Source: Acidobacteriota bacterium
GTDB lineage: Bacteria; Acidobacteriota; UBA6911; JACQSX01
Length of the DNA: 64,000 nucleotides
Reading direction: 5' to 3'
NCBI GenBank assembly: GCA_036507075.1
Contig: DASXQR010000152.1
Span: 64,001 to 128,000, forward strand
This document shows positions 55,287 through 64,000 of the stretch, piece after piece; the first letter of the stretch is position 1, and each line of letters begins with the position of its first letter. The position numbers and the translations under genes were made by a program. Below the pieces are notes generated by a model. It was not told where the DNA came from. It saw nothing but the letters and a program-made list of their open reading frames with translations, and did no database searches.

Positions 55287-55625
55287 GTCATGGGACCAGT
55301 CGCTTCAACTCCTCCGCCCAGTGCTGCACCATCACGATGTGCCGGGGAGGGGCGGTTCACTCCTTGATCATCAGAAACCGCCGGCCGTCGGAGGTGACAT
55401 CGAACTGGCGACCCCAGATCCCCCGTGCGAAGGAGGTAGGGGCCGTTGAAGAGCTTCGCCGGCGCAGCGGGGGTCCAACGGATTCCTTGCGCGGCGACCG
55501 GAACTGCCATCATCGCGCCGTCGGCTGCCGCGTAGAACAGCTCATCACCCTTCGGATTCCAGAGTGGGTGCGTGCCGCCGGCAGTCGACACCTGCCACAC
55601 GCCATCACCGACGTTGGGAAATTCT
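55287..55625 (-). pseudogene. Frameshifted 3' remnant of a kinase/PD40-type propeller protein
   Basis: FPNVGDGVWQVSTAGGTHPLW...ELFY, then DVTSDGRRFLMIK...VQHWAEELKRLVP* in another frame. Confidence 0.7.
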
Positions 55626-55773
55626 CCTTTTCCATGGCGCCTCAGAGGCGTCCAGTTTTCGTCCAGTGACCTTTGGGTTTTATTGGTTGGGAATGAAATG
55701 CGCGGTTCGGCGAGAACCCGCCCCCTTCCCTCGAAATGGTGGGTAATGGTTGGTGGTTTAAAAGTTCTGGTTA

Positions 55774-55829
55774 GACTCAAAATCCGGCGGGGTTTACCCC
55801 CCGTGGGGGTTCGACTCCCCCCTTCGGCA
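55774..55829 (+). repeat. attR-like duplicate of the tRNA-Leu 3' half
   Basis: GACTCAAAATCCGG...CTTCGGCA; two mismatches to 47035-47090. Confidence 0.93.
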
Positions 55830-55994
55830 TTTCAAGGCGACAACTTAGAGTGTCTGTCTGGTTCATCACTTCGGTTTTTGCCTCCACTTGTGCCGGAAAC
55901 GTGACGCGAAAGAGTCATTGCATGAATCGCTCGAATACTGCTTTTCCAACTGGCATAATCGGACCGGCATAATCGGAGAGTGGACCTCTAGCTT

Positions 55995-57302
55995 ATGAAG
56001 AGATGGGTGTTTGTTGTGACGCTCGCCTTTGTGGGCGCCTCTGCTCTTCTCATTTGGCGCCATCAAAGAGTTGCCGCCACACTGCCAAAGCACGAACCGG
56101 TGGTCACGATCGAGAAAACCGGCGATGCGTTTGATTGGCTGACCGCGGCGGGTCCTGTAGATACCAAACTTCAGGAAGATTCTTGGGCCTGGCAGCAGGA
56201 GGCGGGCCGCACCCGCCGTCGTAGGTTTTACGCACAAGATGAGTGCCAGGCGTGGGTTTTCGGCGAAAGCATGAACCCGCCTGCGGCCCTGACTGGAATT
56301 CTTTCCGATTATGAAGCCGACCTGGACGATCTTCGTCGATTCCTCAAACAGGGTTCGCTGCGAATCGGCGCCGCAGGGTGGGCCGCCGCGGACAAGGCGG
56401 CCGGCAAGCCGCCGACGGCCGTTCGCGTCTCCAATACGCTTATCATCCGAACGGCGGCGCAGGGACTTGCGTGTTCAGCACTGTTGAGCCACAACCCTGT
56501 TGACGGATTGGACGACCTTGATCGGTTGATGCGAGCTTCGTGGCAGCCGCGGACACAGGTTGATCTTGCAACCTCAGATGCGATTTACAACATTCGTGAT
56601 GACACTTATCTTTCACTTGTGTTGCGCGACCGCCTGCCCGAGACGAAGCTTTCCGCCTGGTCGCAGGAAGAACGTCCCTGCGTTGATTGGGTCGCTGATT
56701 CCGTTCACACCGAACGCCTGACACTCGCGACCATCCATCCGTATTTCCTGGCTGGAGTTTATGTGCGTGTAAGAGGACCGCGCGCGCTGCTTCCCGCCGC
56801 AAAAATAGCGCTTTTTGGCGGAAACGACCTGGAAATCGCGGATCGATATTTGAGTCAGACGGAATCCTGGATACGCAACCGGCAGGGGTCGATGCCGTCC
56901 GCGAAACTGGCCGCCGGCGGGATGCTAAGTGCCTTAGGCAGATTTACCTTGACGAGAGGGGACGAGATGCTTGCCTCATGTCTGCGCGACAAAAACAGAC
57001 ATCGTCTCTTTGCCCTGGGTGCAAAGACGGTGCGGCTCGCCCGAAAGTATCGCCGTCTTCCCCGCGATGAATCCGAATTGCTGGCGTGGCTGCAGGATCG
57101 AAATGCGCTGGCGCAGGGTATCGACCTGCCGCAACTTCGCTACGAGAACCTGGACCAAGCCTTCAGACTCTCGGTCGATCCGAATATTCCGTTACCCGAC
57201 TACCTTCGACCTTCAGAACCGACTCGCTTCGGCCAACCGGTGCACCAATCCTTCTGGAAACAGATCAGTCCATGGAACCTGGAGCTGCGGTTCCGGATGT
57301 AG
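55995..57302 (+). CDS. Hypothetical membrane-anchored or exported protein
   Basis: 435-aa ORF with N-terminal hydrophobic segment; no family recognised. Confidence 0.65.
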   Translation: MKRWVFVVTLAFVGASALLIWRHQRVAATLPKHEPVVTIEKTGDAFDWLTAAGPVDTKLQEDSWAWQQEAGRTRRRRFYAQDECQAWVFGESMNPPAALTGILSDYEADLDDLRRFLKQGSLRIGAAGWAAADKAAGKPPTAVRVSNTLIIRTAAQGLACSALLSHNPVDGLDDLDRLMRASWQPRTQVDLATSDAIYNIRDDTYLSLVLRDRLPETKLSAWSQEERPCVDWVADSVHTERLTLATIHPYFLAGVYVRVRGPRALLPAAKIALFGGNDLEIADRYLSQTESWIRNRQGSMPSAKLAAGGMLSALGRFTLTRGDEMLASCLRDKNRHRLFALGAKTVRLARKYRRLPRDESELLAWLQDRNALAQGIDLPQLRYENLDQAFRLSVDPNIPLPDYLRPSEPTRFGQPVHQSFWKQISPWNLELRFRM

Positions 57303-57487
57303 CTGTCAAACCAGAACCGTGATCCTATTCGTTTGATTCCGCTTCGGAAATGGCTGTCCGAGGTTTCCCTTTCCGGAAGCCGCGCCAAAGATTTTTTGAA
57401 ACCCTGCGCCAAGTTTAGCCTCCAAAAGAATGGACATTTAGTAGAACTGTAAGATCGACATTTAGTGAACTTAAGCAGGAGCTATAC

Positions 57488-58477
57488 ATGGATTCACAGA
57501 GCAACGCCCCCAAAAACTATGAAAAACCGCTGTTTGCGCATTCCTATCCTAAGGAAGCGCCCCGGCGTGGCACCGAACCGGTCGAGGCCGCGACTGCAAG
57601 CCAGCCCGCGCCCGCGAGCCCGGACCCAGCCACGGCCGCGCCGACTCATCATTCCAAGCCGGCCATCTGGCTTCCGATCGCCCTGGGAGTGATTGTCGCG
57701 CTGGTGCTGTTTGCCTTCCACTACACGCGTTCGAGCAAAGAAGAACTACAACGGGAAGTCGCCGCAAAGATCGCCGCAACCGAAGAGCAGACATCGGCAG
57801 CATTGAATCGCCAGTTGCAGGAGTCTGAGAAGCAGAGAGCGGCGCTGCAGAACGAGCTCGAAAGCAACAAGGCACACTTCGGTCAGGAGTTGAGTCAAAC
57901 GCGCAACCTGTACGCTTCGGTCCGTAAAGAATCCGAGCTAAGGCAGAAAGAATTGAAGCAGGCGCTCGACACCAAGGCCGAAAACAGCCAGGTCAGTACC
58001 TTGAAATCCGAGCAGGAAACGGTCAAAACCAACGTGGTGGACCTGAACAACCAGGTTTCCAACGTGAAGACCGAGCTGGGTTCGGTCAAGGACGTGACCT
58101 CAAAACACGGCGCTGAGCTCGAGCAGCACTCGCGCGATATCGCAGCCAACCGTGAAAACATCGGAGCTACGAGCCAGGACCTGAAGACGTTCAAGTCTTC
58201 TTTCGATCGGGAAGTGTTGACGTTCGAGCTTCCCAAGAACGGCTCTTACGTCAAGGTCGGCGAGATTGCGCTGCGTTTGTCCAAGACGTCGGACAAAAAG
58301 TCTCAGTTCACCGTCACCATCCAGGCCGGGTCGAAAGTCCTGACAAAGAAAGATCGGAATCTGAACGAGCCGATTTACTTCTATGTCGACGGCTATCAGC
58401 GCCCGCTGGAGCTGGTGATTGACCGGGTCGACAAGAGTTTTGTAACCGGTAAGCTGAGCGTCCCTAAAAAGAGCTGA
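57488..58477 (+). CDS. Hypothetical single-TM coiled-coil protein
   Basis: AGGAG RBS, Pro-rich N-terminus, TM, long coiled coil, KKDRNLNEPIYFY C-terminal domain. Confidence 0.8.
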   Translation: MDSQSNAPKNYEKPLFAHSYPKEAPRRGTEPVEAATASQPAPASPDPATAAPTHHSKPAIWLPIALGVIVALVLFAFHYTRSSKEELQREVAAKIAATEEQTSAALNRQLQESEKQRAALQNELESNKAHFGQELSQTRNLYASVRKESELRQKELKQALDTKAENSQVSTLKSEQETVKTNVVDLNNQVSNVKTELGSVKDVTSKHGAELEQHSRDIAANRENIGATSQDLKTFKSSFDREVLTFELPKNGSYVKVGEIALRLSKTSDKKSQFTVTIQAGSKVLTKKDRNLNEPIYFYVDGYQRPLELVIDRVDKSFVTGKLSVPKKS

Positions 58478-58630
58478 CACCCCTTCAGAAACGACTACGG
58501 ACTGCGGATTTGTCAGTTGTCCGTTGTCCGTAGTTCAGTACGCGAGCTCCGAGTATTTCTTGGAGCCGCGACCATCCAACTCCGCCACAACGACATCCCA
58601 TCTATGGACAATGGATAACTGACAACGGAC

Positions 58631-59952
58631 CAGTAGTGTCCGGTTAAAAGTCATTGAAAACGAGCTGTTTGCATGTTTGGATTTCTTCGATTTTGTAGTC
58701 TTGTTCTGTAAGTACCTGTGAAATGGGCCTTCTCTCGAACAACGAGATGCTGAGAATTTGTAGAATCGTGTAGAGGCTCAAATCGAGCTTGAGACGTTTT
58801 TTGATGATCGCCACGAGCACGTAAACAGAAACGGCAATCCAGATCTGAGTCTTGATCGCGTTTTCCGAAATGCCGTAAAACTTTTTGATCCTGAGGTGTT
58901 GCTTGACCCATTTGAAAAACAGTTCGATTTGCCAACGGCATTTGTACAGTTGCGCAATGATCAGAGCGGGCAAATGAAAATTGTTGGTCAAGAAAATAAG
59001 TCGTTTGTCCTGTTGCGCATCCAAATACCGGATGCGCCGCAGTTTGTCTGGATAGCCTTTCTTGGGATAAAAGCTGGTCAAAACAATCGTCTGGTCGCAT
59101 TGCAATCCCAGATTCTTGTCGACCGGATGTGAATAGAGTCGGTAGAAATGGAAGTCCTTGCGTGGTCGAATAATGAAGAAGGCCAGCCCTTGGGTGAAGC
59201 GATACAGTCGTTGAAAATCCAAGTACGCGCGATCCATTACGTAGATGGCTCCAGGCTCTGGCATCAGCTCGTCCAGAATATGAATCTCGTGAAAACGCGC
59301 CGTGGTAACGCGGATAAACGAGGGGATGTTGCCTCGCAGATCCAGCAGTGTGTGCAGTTTGACCGCGGCGTTTTTCTCGCGGTACTGAGCCCACGGAAAC
59401 AGCGAAAGACACAAATCGATGGTAGTACAGTCCAGAGCGTACGTTGTTTGATCCAGTTGCACTCCAAATTCTTCGCTCGAGTACAAGGTGCGAGCCGTGC
59501 CGATCAGGACCCGTGCAAAATCGGCATAAATTCTCCAATCTCGACTTTCGTTGGCATCGCTCAAGGTACTGCGCGAAATCCTGCCGCGGATTCCCAAGTG
59601 ATAAAGCTTGCCTTGCATGGTGCGCAGACAAGTCTCCACATCGCGCAGGCTCTCGCGACAAGTCACCTGAGCAAATGCCATGCACAAGAACTGGTCCCAA
59701 CAACTGAATGTTCGTACTCGGTAATTCCCATCGTAACGTTTGGCGCATCGACTGAACTCGTAATGCGGAACAAACTCCATGAGCTGTGCAAAAACCGTGC
59801 GACCTTGGTTCATCAGACGTTTCCCTCCTTGGGGCGAAAGGATTGTCTGAAACGAAGTTTGGATTCAAATCGTTTAAACTCAAATTTATCGCCAACTCAT
59901 TGCCGTTTTTGATGTTGTAGTAATCTTAAAAAATCTTAACCGGACAGTACTG
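58631..59952 (-). mobile_element. IS4-family insertion sequence, 1322 bp
   Basis: TIRs CAGTAGTGTCCGGTTAA / TTAACCGGACAGTACTG (1 mismatch); 9-bp target duplication ACAACGGAC at 58622-58630 and 59953-59961. Confidence 0.95.
58644..59813 (-). CDS. IS4-family DDE transposase
   Basis: RESLRD, SRSTLSDAN, ALDCTTIDL, VMDRAY, YKCRWQIELFFKWVKQ (YREK signature). Confidence 0.96.
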   Translation of the reverse strand: MNQGRTVFAQLMEFVPHYEFSRCAKRYDGNYRVRTFSCWDQFLCMAFAQVTCRESLRDVETCLRTMQGKLYHLGIRGRISRSTLSDANESRDWRIYADFARVLIGTARTLYSSEEFGVQLDQTTYALDCTTIDLCLSLFPWAQYREKNAAVKLHTLLDLRGNIPSFIRVTTARFHEIHILDELMPEPGAIYVMDRAYLDFQRLYRFTQGLAFFIIRPRKDFHFYRLYSHPVDKNLGLQCDQTIVLTSFYPKKGYPDKLRRIRYLDAQQDKRLIFLTNNFHLPALIIAQLYKCRWQIELFFKWVKQHLRIKKFYGISENAIKTQIWIAVSVYVLVAIIKKRLKLDLSLYTILQILSISLFERRPISQVLTEQDYKIEEIQTCKQLVFNDF

Positions 59953-60062
59953 ACAACGGACCACTGACAACTGACAACTGACCACGGCCCAACCTTTGTG
60001 CTCTTTGTGTCTTTGTGGTTAGATCTGCATGTCACAATGCACTTTGAAACCGTCTGGGACCC

Positions 60063-61103
60063 ATGATCAAAGGAAGCCTGCTTCAACGGCGCTCGGCGCT
60101 CGCCACCACCAGCGAGCAGATTCGTATCCTGGAGGAAAATGTAAGTATTCCTCCCTTTAATTCCACGCTCAGCCGTCATGGACTATCCACGCTGCACGCG
60201 GCTGAAATCGAAATTTTTCAGATCAACGTCGGGAAACTTTGCAACCAGACCTGCGCTCACTGCCATGTCGACGCAGGCCCGGATCGGTTGGAAGTGATGA
60301 CGCGCGAAACCATGGCCGACTGCCTGGCGGCGCTGGCGAAGACCTCCATTCCAAAAGTGGACATCACCGGAGGAGCTCCCGAGCTTAATCCGGATTTTCG
60401 CTGGCTGGTGCAGCAGGCACGTTCGCTGGGCCGGCATGTGATGGACCGGTGCAACCTCACCGTGCTGCAGGTGAAGGGACAGGAGGATCTGCCCGATTTT
60501 CTGGCCCGGCATCAGGCGGAAGTAATCTGTTCCCTTCCTTATTACCAGGCGCGGGAAACCGATCGCCAGCGCGGCCTGGGCGTCTTTCAGCGATCCGTTG
60601 ATGCGCTTCAGGCGCTCAACCGGCGCGGCTACGGCAAAGCTGGAACCGGACTGCTGCTGAACCTGGTCTATAACCCGGTCGGAGCATTCCTTCCCGGACC
60701 TCAGAAATCCCTGGAAGCGGACTTCAAACGCAACTTGCTGGCAAAATATGGAATTGAATTCAACAATCTCTATTGCATCACCAACATGCCGATCAGCCGC
60801 TTCCTGGAGTTCCTGCTCGCATCGGGCAACTACCAGCATTACATGGAGCGGTTGCTGCAGGCCTTCAATCCGGCTGCCGTGCAGGGACTGATGTGCCGCA
60901 ATACGCTTTCGGTCGGTTGGGACGGGCGGCTCTACGACTGTGATTTTAATCAAATGCTCGATCTGGAACTCTGCTCTCCAGCGCCGCGGCATATCCGCGA
61001 TTTCAATCTCCAAGCGCTCAACGGCCGCAGGATCGTGACCGGACGCCACTGCTATGGATGTACCGCCGGCGCCGGCTCGAGCTGCGGCGGGGCGGTGGCG
61101 TAG
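60063..61103 (+). CDS. arsS: ArsS-like radical SAM protein with Cys-rich C-terminus
   Basis: CNQTCAHCH, DITGGAPE, YDCDFNQML, HCYGCTAGAGSSCGG. Confidence 0.88.
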   Translation: MIKGSLLQRRSALATTSEQIRILEENVSIPPFNSTLSRHGLSTLHAAEIEIFQINVGKLCNQTCAHCHVDAGPDRLEVMTRETMADCLAALAKTSIPKVDITGGAPELNPDFRWLVQQARSLGRHVMDRCNLTVLQVKGQEDLPDFLARHQAEVICSLPYYQARETDRQRGLGVFQRSVDALQALNRRGYGKAGTGLLLNLVYNPVGAFLPGPQKSLEADFKRNLLAKYGIEFNNLYCITNMPISRFLEFLLASGNYQHYMERLLQAFNPAAVQGLMCRNTLSVGWDGRLYDCDFNQMLDLELCSPAPRHIRDFNLQALNGRRIVTGRHCYGCTAGAGSSCGGAVA

Positions 61104-61123
61104 ATGCAATGAGTGGAGTGACG

Positions 61124-61300
61124 GAGGCAGCAGGCAGAAGGCTGAAGGCAGGAGGCAGGAGGCAGCAGGCTGAATGAGGGAAGCGGAGTCTAGACTTTGT
61201 GCCGGGAGTCTCTTGCATGGAAACCATTCCACATGGAGTTCCGCCTTCTGCCTCCTGCCTCCTGCCTGCTGTTTCCTGCCTCCTGCCTTCCGCATTCTCC
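61124..61300. repeat. GGCAGGA / CCTCCTG heptamer inverted repeats
   Basis: Read directly. Confidence 0.8.
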
Positions 61301-61321
61301 GGTCGATAGCAATGTATCGCG

Positions 61322-62011
61322 ATGAACACACCGTCCATTTCCGTCATCATCATCTGCCGGAATGAAGAGGCGCAGCTTCGGGAACTGCTGCCGGAATTGC
61401 TGCTGTTTCCCGAACTGGAATTGATCGTAGCGGACGGTGAAAGCAGCGACCAGACGCGGCAACTGGTGGAATCTTTCGGCTGTCGTTATATCCGGACACC
61501 CTGCGGCCGCGGCCGCCAGCTCAACGCGGGCGCTCAAGTAGCTCGCGGCGAGACGCTTCTTTTCCTGCACGCGGATTGCCGCCTTGCCAGGGGATGGAAA
61601 GCAGAGCTGGAATCTGCGCTGAAAAATCCCGAAGTAGTGGGAGGCGCGTTTTCTCTGAAGCTTTGCGGCGGGCGTCCGTGGCTGGATCGGTATCTGTCGT
61701 GGACGGGAACCTTGAACGCGCGCAATTCCCAGGTTTTCCTCGGCGATCATTCCATCTTTGTGCGTCGCGGCGTATTCGAACAAATCGGCGGCTTCCCCGA
61801 ATTGAAGCTGATGGAGGATTACCATTTCTCCCGGGAGCTGCGAAAAGCGGGCAAGCTGGTGCAACTGAGATCGGCCTCCATCGCTTCGTCGCGACGCTTT
61901 GTGCGGAACGGATATTTAAAAACAGTGGTGCAAATGCGGCTGTTGCGCCTCTACGGCAGGTTCGGTTTATCCAGCCCCCGACTGGAGCGCTGGTACCTGC
62001 AGGGGCGGTAA
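61322..62011 (+). CDS. GT2 glycosyltransferase of the type associated with arsS
   Basis: GRGRQLNAGA, LLFLHAD, GDHSIFV, GGFPELKLMED, SSRRF. Confidence 0.88.
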   Translation: MNTPSISVIIICRNEEAQLRELLPELLLFPELELIVADGESSDQTRQLVESFGCRYIRTPCGRGRQLNAGAQVARGETLLFLHADCRLARGWKAELESALKNPEVVGGAFSLKLCGGRPWLDRYLSWTGTLNARNSQVFLGDHSIFVRRGVFEQIGGFPELKLMEDYHFSRELRKAGKLVQLRSASIASSRRFVRNGYLKTVVQMRLLRLYGRFGLSSPRLERWYLQGR

Positions 62012-62037
62012 ATCCGAAAATCCGAGTAATAATTTTT

Positions 62038-62176
62038 CGCCACAAAGACACAAAGGCACAAAGACACAAAAGCGGGACGAGGGGCAGGCATAGTCCGGTC
62101 AGGTCTCAAAGGGAACTGGTACGTGTTCTGAGGTGACCGGACTTGCTCCTCGTCTGACTTTGTGTCTTTGTGGTGA
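62038..62176. repeat. CCACAAAGACACAAAG element enclosing an imperfect inner inverted repeat
   Basis: Read directly; inner AGTCCGGTCA / TGACCGGACT. Confidence 0.85.
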
Positions 62177-62182
62177 AAACTG

Positions 62183-62830
62183 ATGCGCGAATTTAGGAGA
62201 ATCGTCTTCGGAGTTGCCGTGGTCGGCTTGCTTACGCTTGCGCTCTGGCCGTATCGAGGGCGGCTCCAATCACTTTCGCCGCAGCTTTTGAAGGGACTGC
62301 TTCTGCAGTGGGGTTTCTGGCAAGGTGCGGCGCTGTACGTAATGGTTTACTCATTCAGCATTCGTCCTTTTGTTCCCATCCCTCCAACGCTTTACACATT
62401 GGCGGGGGGCCTGACCTTTGGTCCTTTGTGGGGAACAATTCTGACCGATATCGGGGCAACGATAAACGCGTCGATCACCTTCCTGCTGGCGCGGTATTTC
62501 GGCAGGGAGTGGGTCGTGAAGCATGCCCGCGGCGGGTGGGCCAATGCGCAACGCAGGCTCTCAGGCGCAGGATTTGTGACAATCCTGTTGGTTCGCTTGT
62601 CTCCGGTTGGCCCCCCTTATGATCTGGTCAGCTACGCGGCGGGCGTCACAGGCATTCGGTTCCGGGATTACTTCTGGGCGACTGCGCTCGGCATCCTCCC
62701 GGCAGTCGCCGCGTACAGTTATTTCGGAGAGGCGATAACCAAAGGAGTTGTCGGCCTGCTCACGGCTCTCTTCGGCCTGGTCCTCCTTTCGATCGCCTTG
62801 CCCTGGCTGTGGAAGAAAACCTTTAATTGA
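62183..62830 (+). CDS. TVP38/TMEM64 (VTT/DedA-like) membrane protein
   Basis: PIPPT...AGGLTFGPLWG, LARYFGR, RLSP, SYAAG, TALGILP. Confidence 0.9.
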   Translation: MREFRRIVFGVAVVGLLTLALWPYRGRLQSLSPQLLKGLLLQWGFWQGAALYVMVYSFSIRPFVPIPPTLYTLAGGLTFGPLWGTILTDIGATINASITFLLARYFGREWVVKHARGGWANAQRRLSGAGFVTILLVRLSPVGPPYDLVSYAAGVTGIRFRDYFWATALGILPAVAAYSYFGEAITKGVVGLLTALFGLVLLSIALPWLWKKTFN

Positions 62831-62842
62831 CACTCTGCCCAC

Positions 62843-62908
62843 AATTGGGGGACTGTCCCCATTTTTAATTGGGGGACTGTCCCCATTTTTAATTCCCATT
62901 TTTAATTC
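62843..62908. repeat. Two AATTGGGGGACTGTCCCCATTTTT palindromes plus a partial copy
   Basis: Same core palindrome as 30341-30480, reverse orientation. Confidence 0.9.
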
Positions 62909-63198
62909 ACGGTTTGAATCTCGGCTGGGGCGGCGGTTCGCTGCGCAAGGTTCATGAATTTTTTCCGCATCTGACGCTCGAGGCTGGGGCGAACTTCCCT
63001 CCTCAAAAGCAAAGGCTTCACCTGGGATTCGCGGCGCCCGCGTTCAAGCTGCAATAGAGAAGCAGCAGGGCGGGCAGCGGGAGCTGTGACCGACGGGCCG
63101 CAACTGACCGGGGGGCCTAACTCCAGCTCAGATGGCTCAATTACGGGCGGTGCAAGCGCGACCATAGACAACAAAGCCAGCAGAAAAATCCTATTCAT
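62902..63198 (-). CDS. Small hypothetical exported protein
   Basis: Signal-like MNRIFLLALLSMVALA; no other support. Confidence 0.45.
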   Translation of the reverse strand: MNRIFLLALLSMVALAPPVIEPSELELGPPVSCGPSVTAPAARPAASLLQLERGRRESQVKPLLLRREVRPSLERQMRKKFMNLAQRTAAPAEIQTVN

Positions 63199-63416
63199 CG
63201 CAATTTTTTCCTGATTTTAAAGGTGCTCTTTCTCGACATAACAATCTTCAGAACTGCACGTGCAAATTCCATTCCAACCCGGGGATTCTTGTCATAAAAT
63301 TCGCCTATCTATTTTTTTCTTTTAAACCTCGAGAGCCTCCAAAAAACTATGCTGGTGGCAAACGCAGGCCGTCCTTTAAGGGGGCATTCCCCAGGGAAAC
63401 AATCCAGGAGGTGTGT

Positions 63417-64000
63417 ATGAAAGCTACGGTTCAGAAGCTGACCGGACGACGCGCGTTCTTTAAGTCTTTTGGAGCTGCAGCGGCAGGAATCGGAGCCGCC
63501 GGCCTGCTCACCGATGCCGATATGGAAGGGGCGACACAAAATGTGAACCGCAGTTCCATGCCCTCTCAATTGAAAATCACCGATCTGAGAGTGGCCGTCG
63601 TCGAGCGCGCCCCGATGACCTGTCCCATTATCCGCATTGACACCAATCAGGGGATTTCCGGGTACGGCGAAGTTCGCGATGGCGCAAGCAAAGTTTACGC
63701 GCTCATGCTCAAGAGCCGCATCCTGGGCGAAAACCCGTGCAGCGTCGACAAGATCTTCCGCAAGATTAAGCAGTTCGGTTTCCACGCCCGGCAAGGCGGC
63801 GGTGTATCAGGGGTGGAAATGGCCTGCTGGGACCTGGCGGGGAAGGCCTTCGGCGTGCCCGTGTATCAAATGCTCGGAGGCAAGTTCCGGGACAGAGTGC
63901 GCCTGTACGCGGACACCACCGAATCGCGCGACCCCAAAGTGATGGGCCAGCGGTTAAAAGACCGGATGGAAGCCAAAGGCCTCACCTGGCTCAAGATGGA
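63417..64000 (+). CDS. Mandelate racemase/muconate lactonizing enzyme family protein with Tat-like signal, truncated at window end
   Basis: AGGAGG RBS; TGRRAFFK; LKITDLR, IDTNQGISGYGE, EMACWDLAGKAFGVPVYQMLGG. Missing from the ORF track because it has no stop in the window. Confidence 0.9.
   Translation, partial: MKATVQKLTGRRAFFKSFGAAAAGIGAAGLLTDADMEGATQNVNRSSMPSQLKITDLRVAVVERAPMTCPIIRIDTNQGISGYGEVRDGASKVYALMLKSRILGENPCSVDKIFRKIKQFGFHARQGGGVSGVEMACWDLAGKAFGVPVYQMLGGKFRDRVRLYADTTESRDPKVMGQRLKDRMEAKGLTWLKM

Larger units (their letters stand above)
47091..55829. mobile_element. Genomic island integrated at tRNA-Leu; no integrase recognised
   Basis: Bounded by the tRNA and a duplicate of its 3' 56 nt; contains several gene fragments. 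Confidence 0.78.

Noticed and set aside
55774..55829. Second tRNA-Leu gene
   Set aside because: Lacks the 5' acceptor strand and D-arm; treated as an att duplicate.
60183..61331. 382-aa minus-strand ORF
   Set aside because: Shadow of arsS plus translated heptamer repeats.

Overview
High-GC bacterial chromosome segment, probably Acidobacteriota (inferred from the Oar-like TonB-dependent receptor, SBBP surface protein and the ECF sigma plus Ser/Thr kinase-TolB gene pair). From left to right it holds the 3' part of a TonB-dependent receptor and a minus-strand type II secretion cluster (gspE, F, G, G, H, I, J, K, L, M, C-like, D) preceded by an ECF sigma/anti-sigma pair. Next come a truncated GxxExxY gene, guaB, secA, and a very large SBBP-repeat surface protein gene split by one in-frame TGA. 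After an accessory locus lie gltD/gltB, tRNA-Met, hemB/hemL, carD, queF, nanE with a sugar kinase, a cytochrome P460-family gene and aroF. The right part has tRNA-Leu with an ~8.7 kb integrase-less island, an IS4-family element with TIRs and a 9-bp target duplication, an arsS-like radical SAM/glycosyltransferase/VTT cluster and a Tat-signal enolase-superfamily gene. Three structures stand out. (1) At 28.5-32.4 kb the 3' ends of two convergent genes are both duplicated in synonymously recoded form. The duplicates are joined through a GGGGACAGTCCCC palindrome array, and each copy of the intergenic slot holds a different toxin-antitoxin-like pair. (2) A family of CACCACAAAGACACAAAG inverted-repeat elements is scattered through the window; one copy exactly brackets the GxxExxY gene. 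(3) Several short-repeat families nest inside one another and sit in frame inside proteins, including four pseudopilin leader peptides. All calls come from manual reading; no database searches were run.
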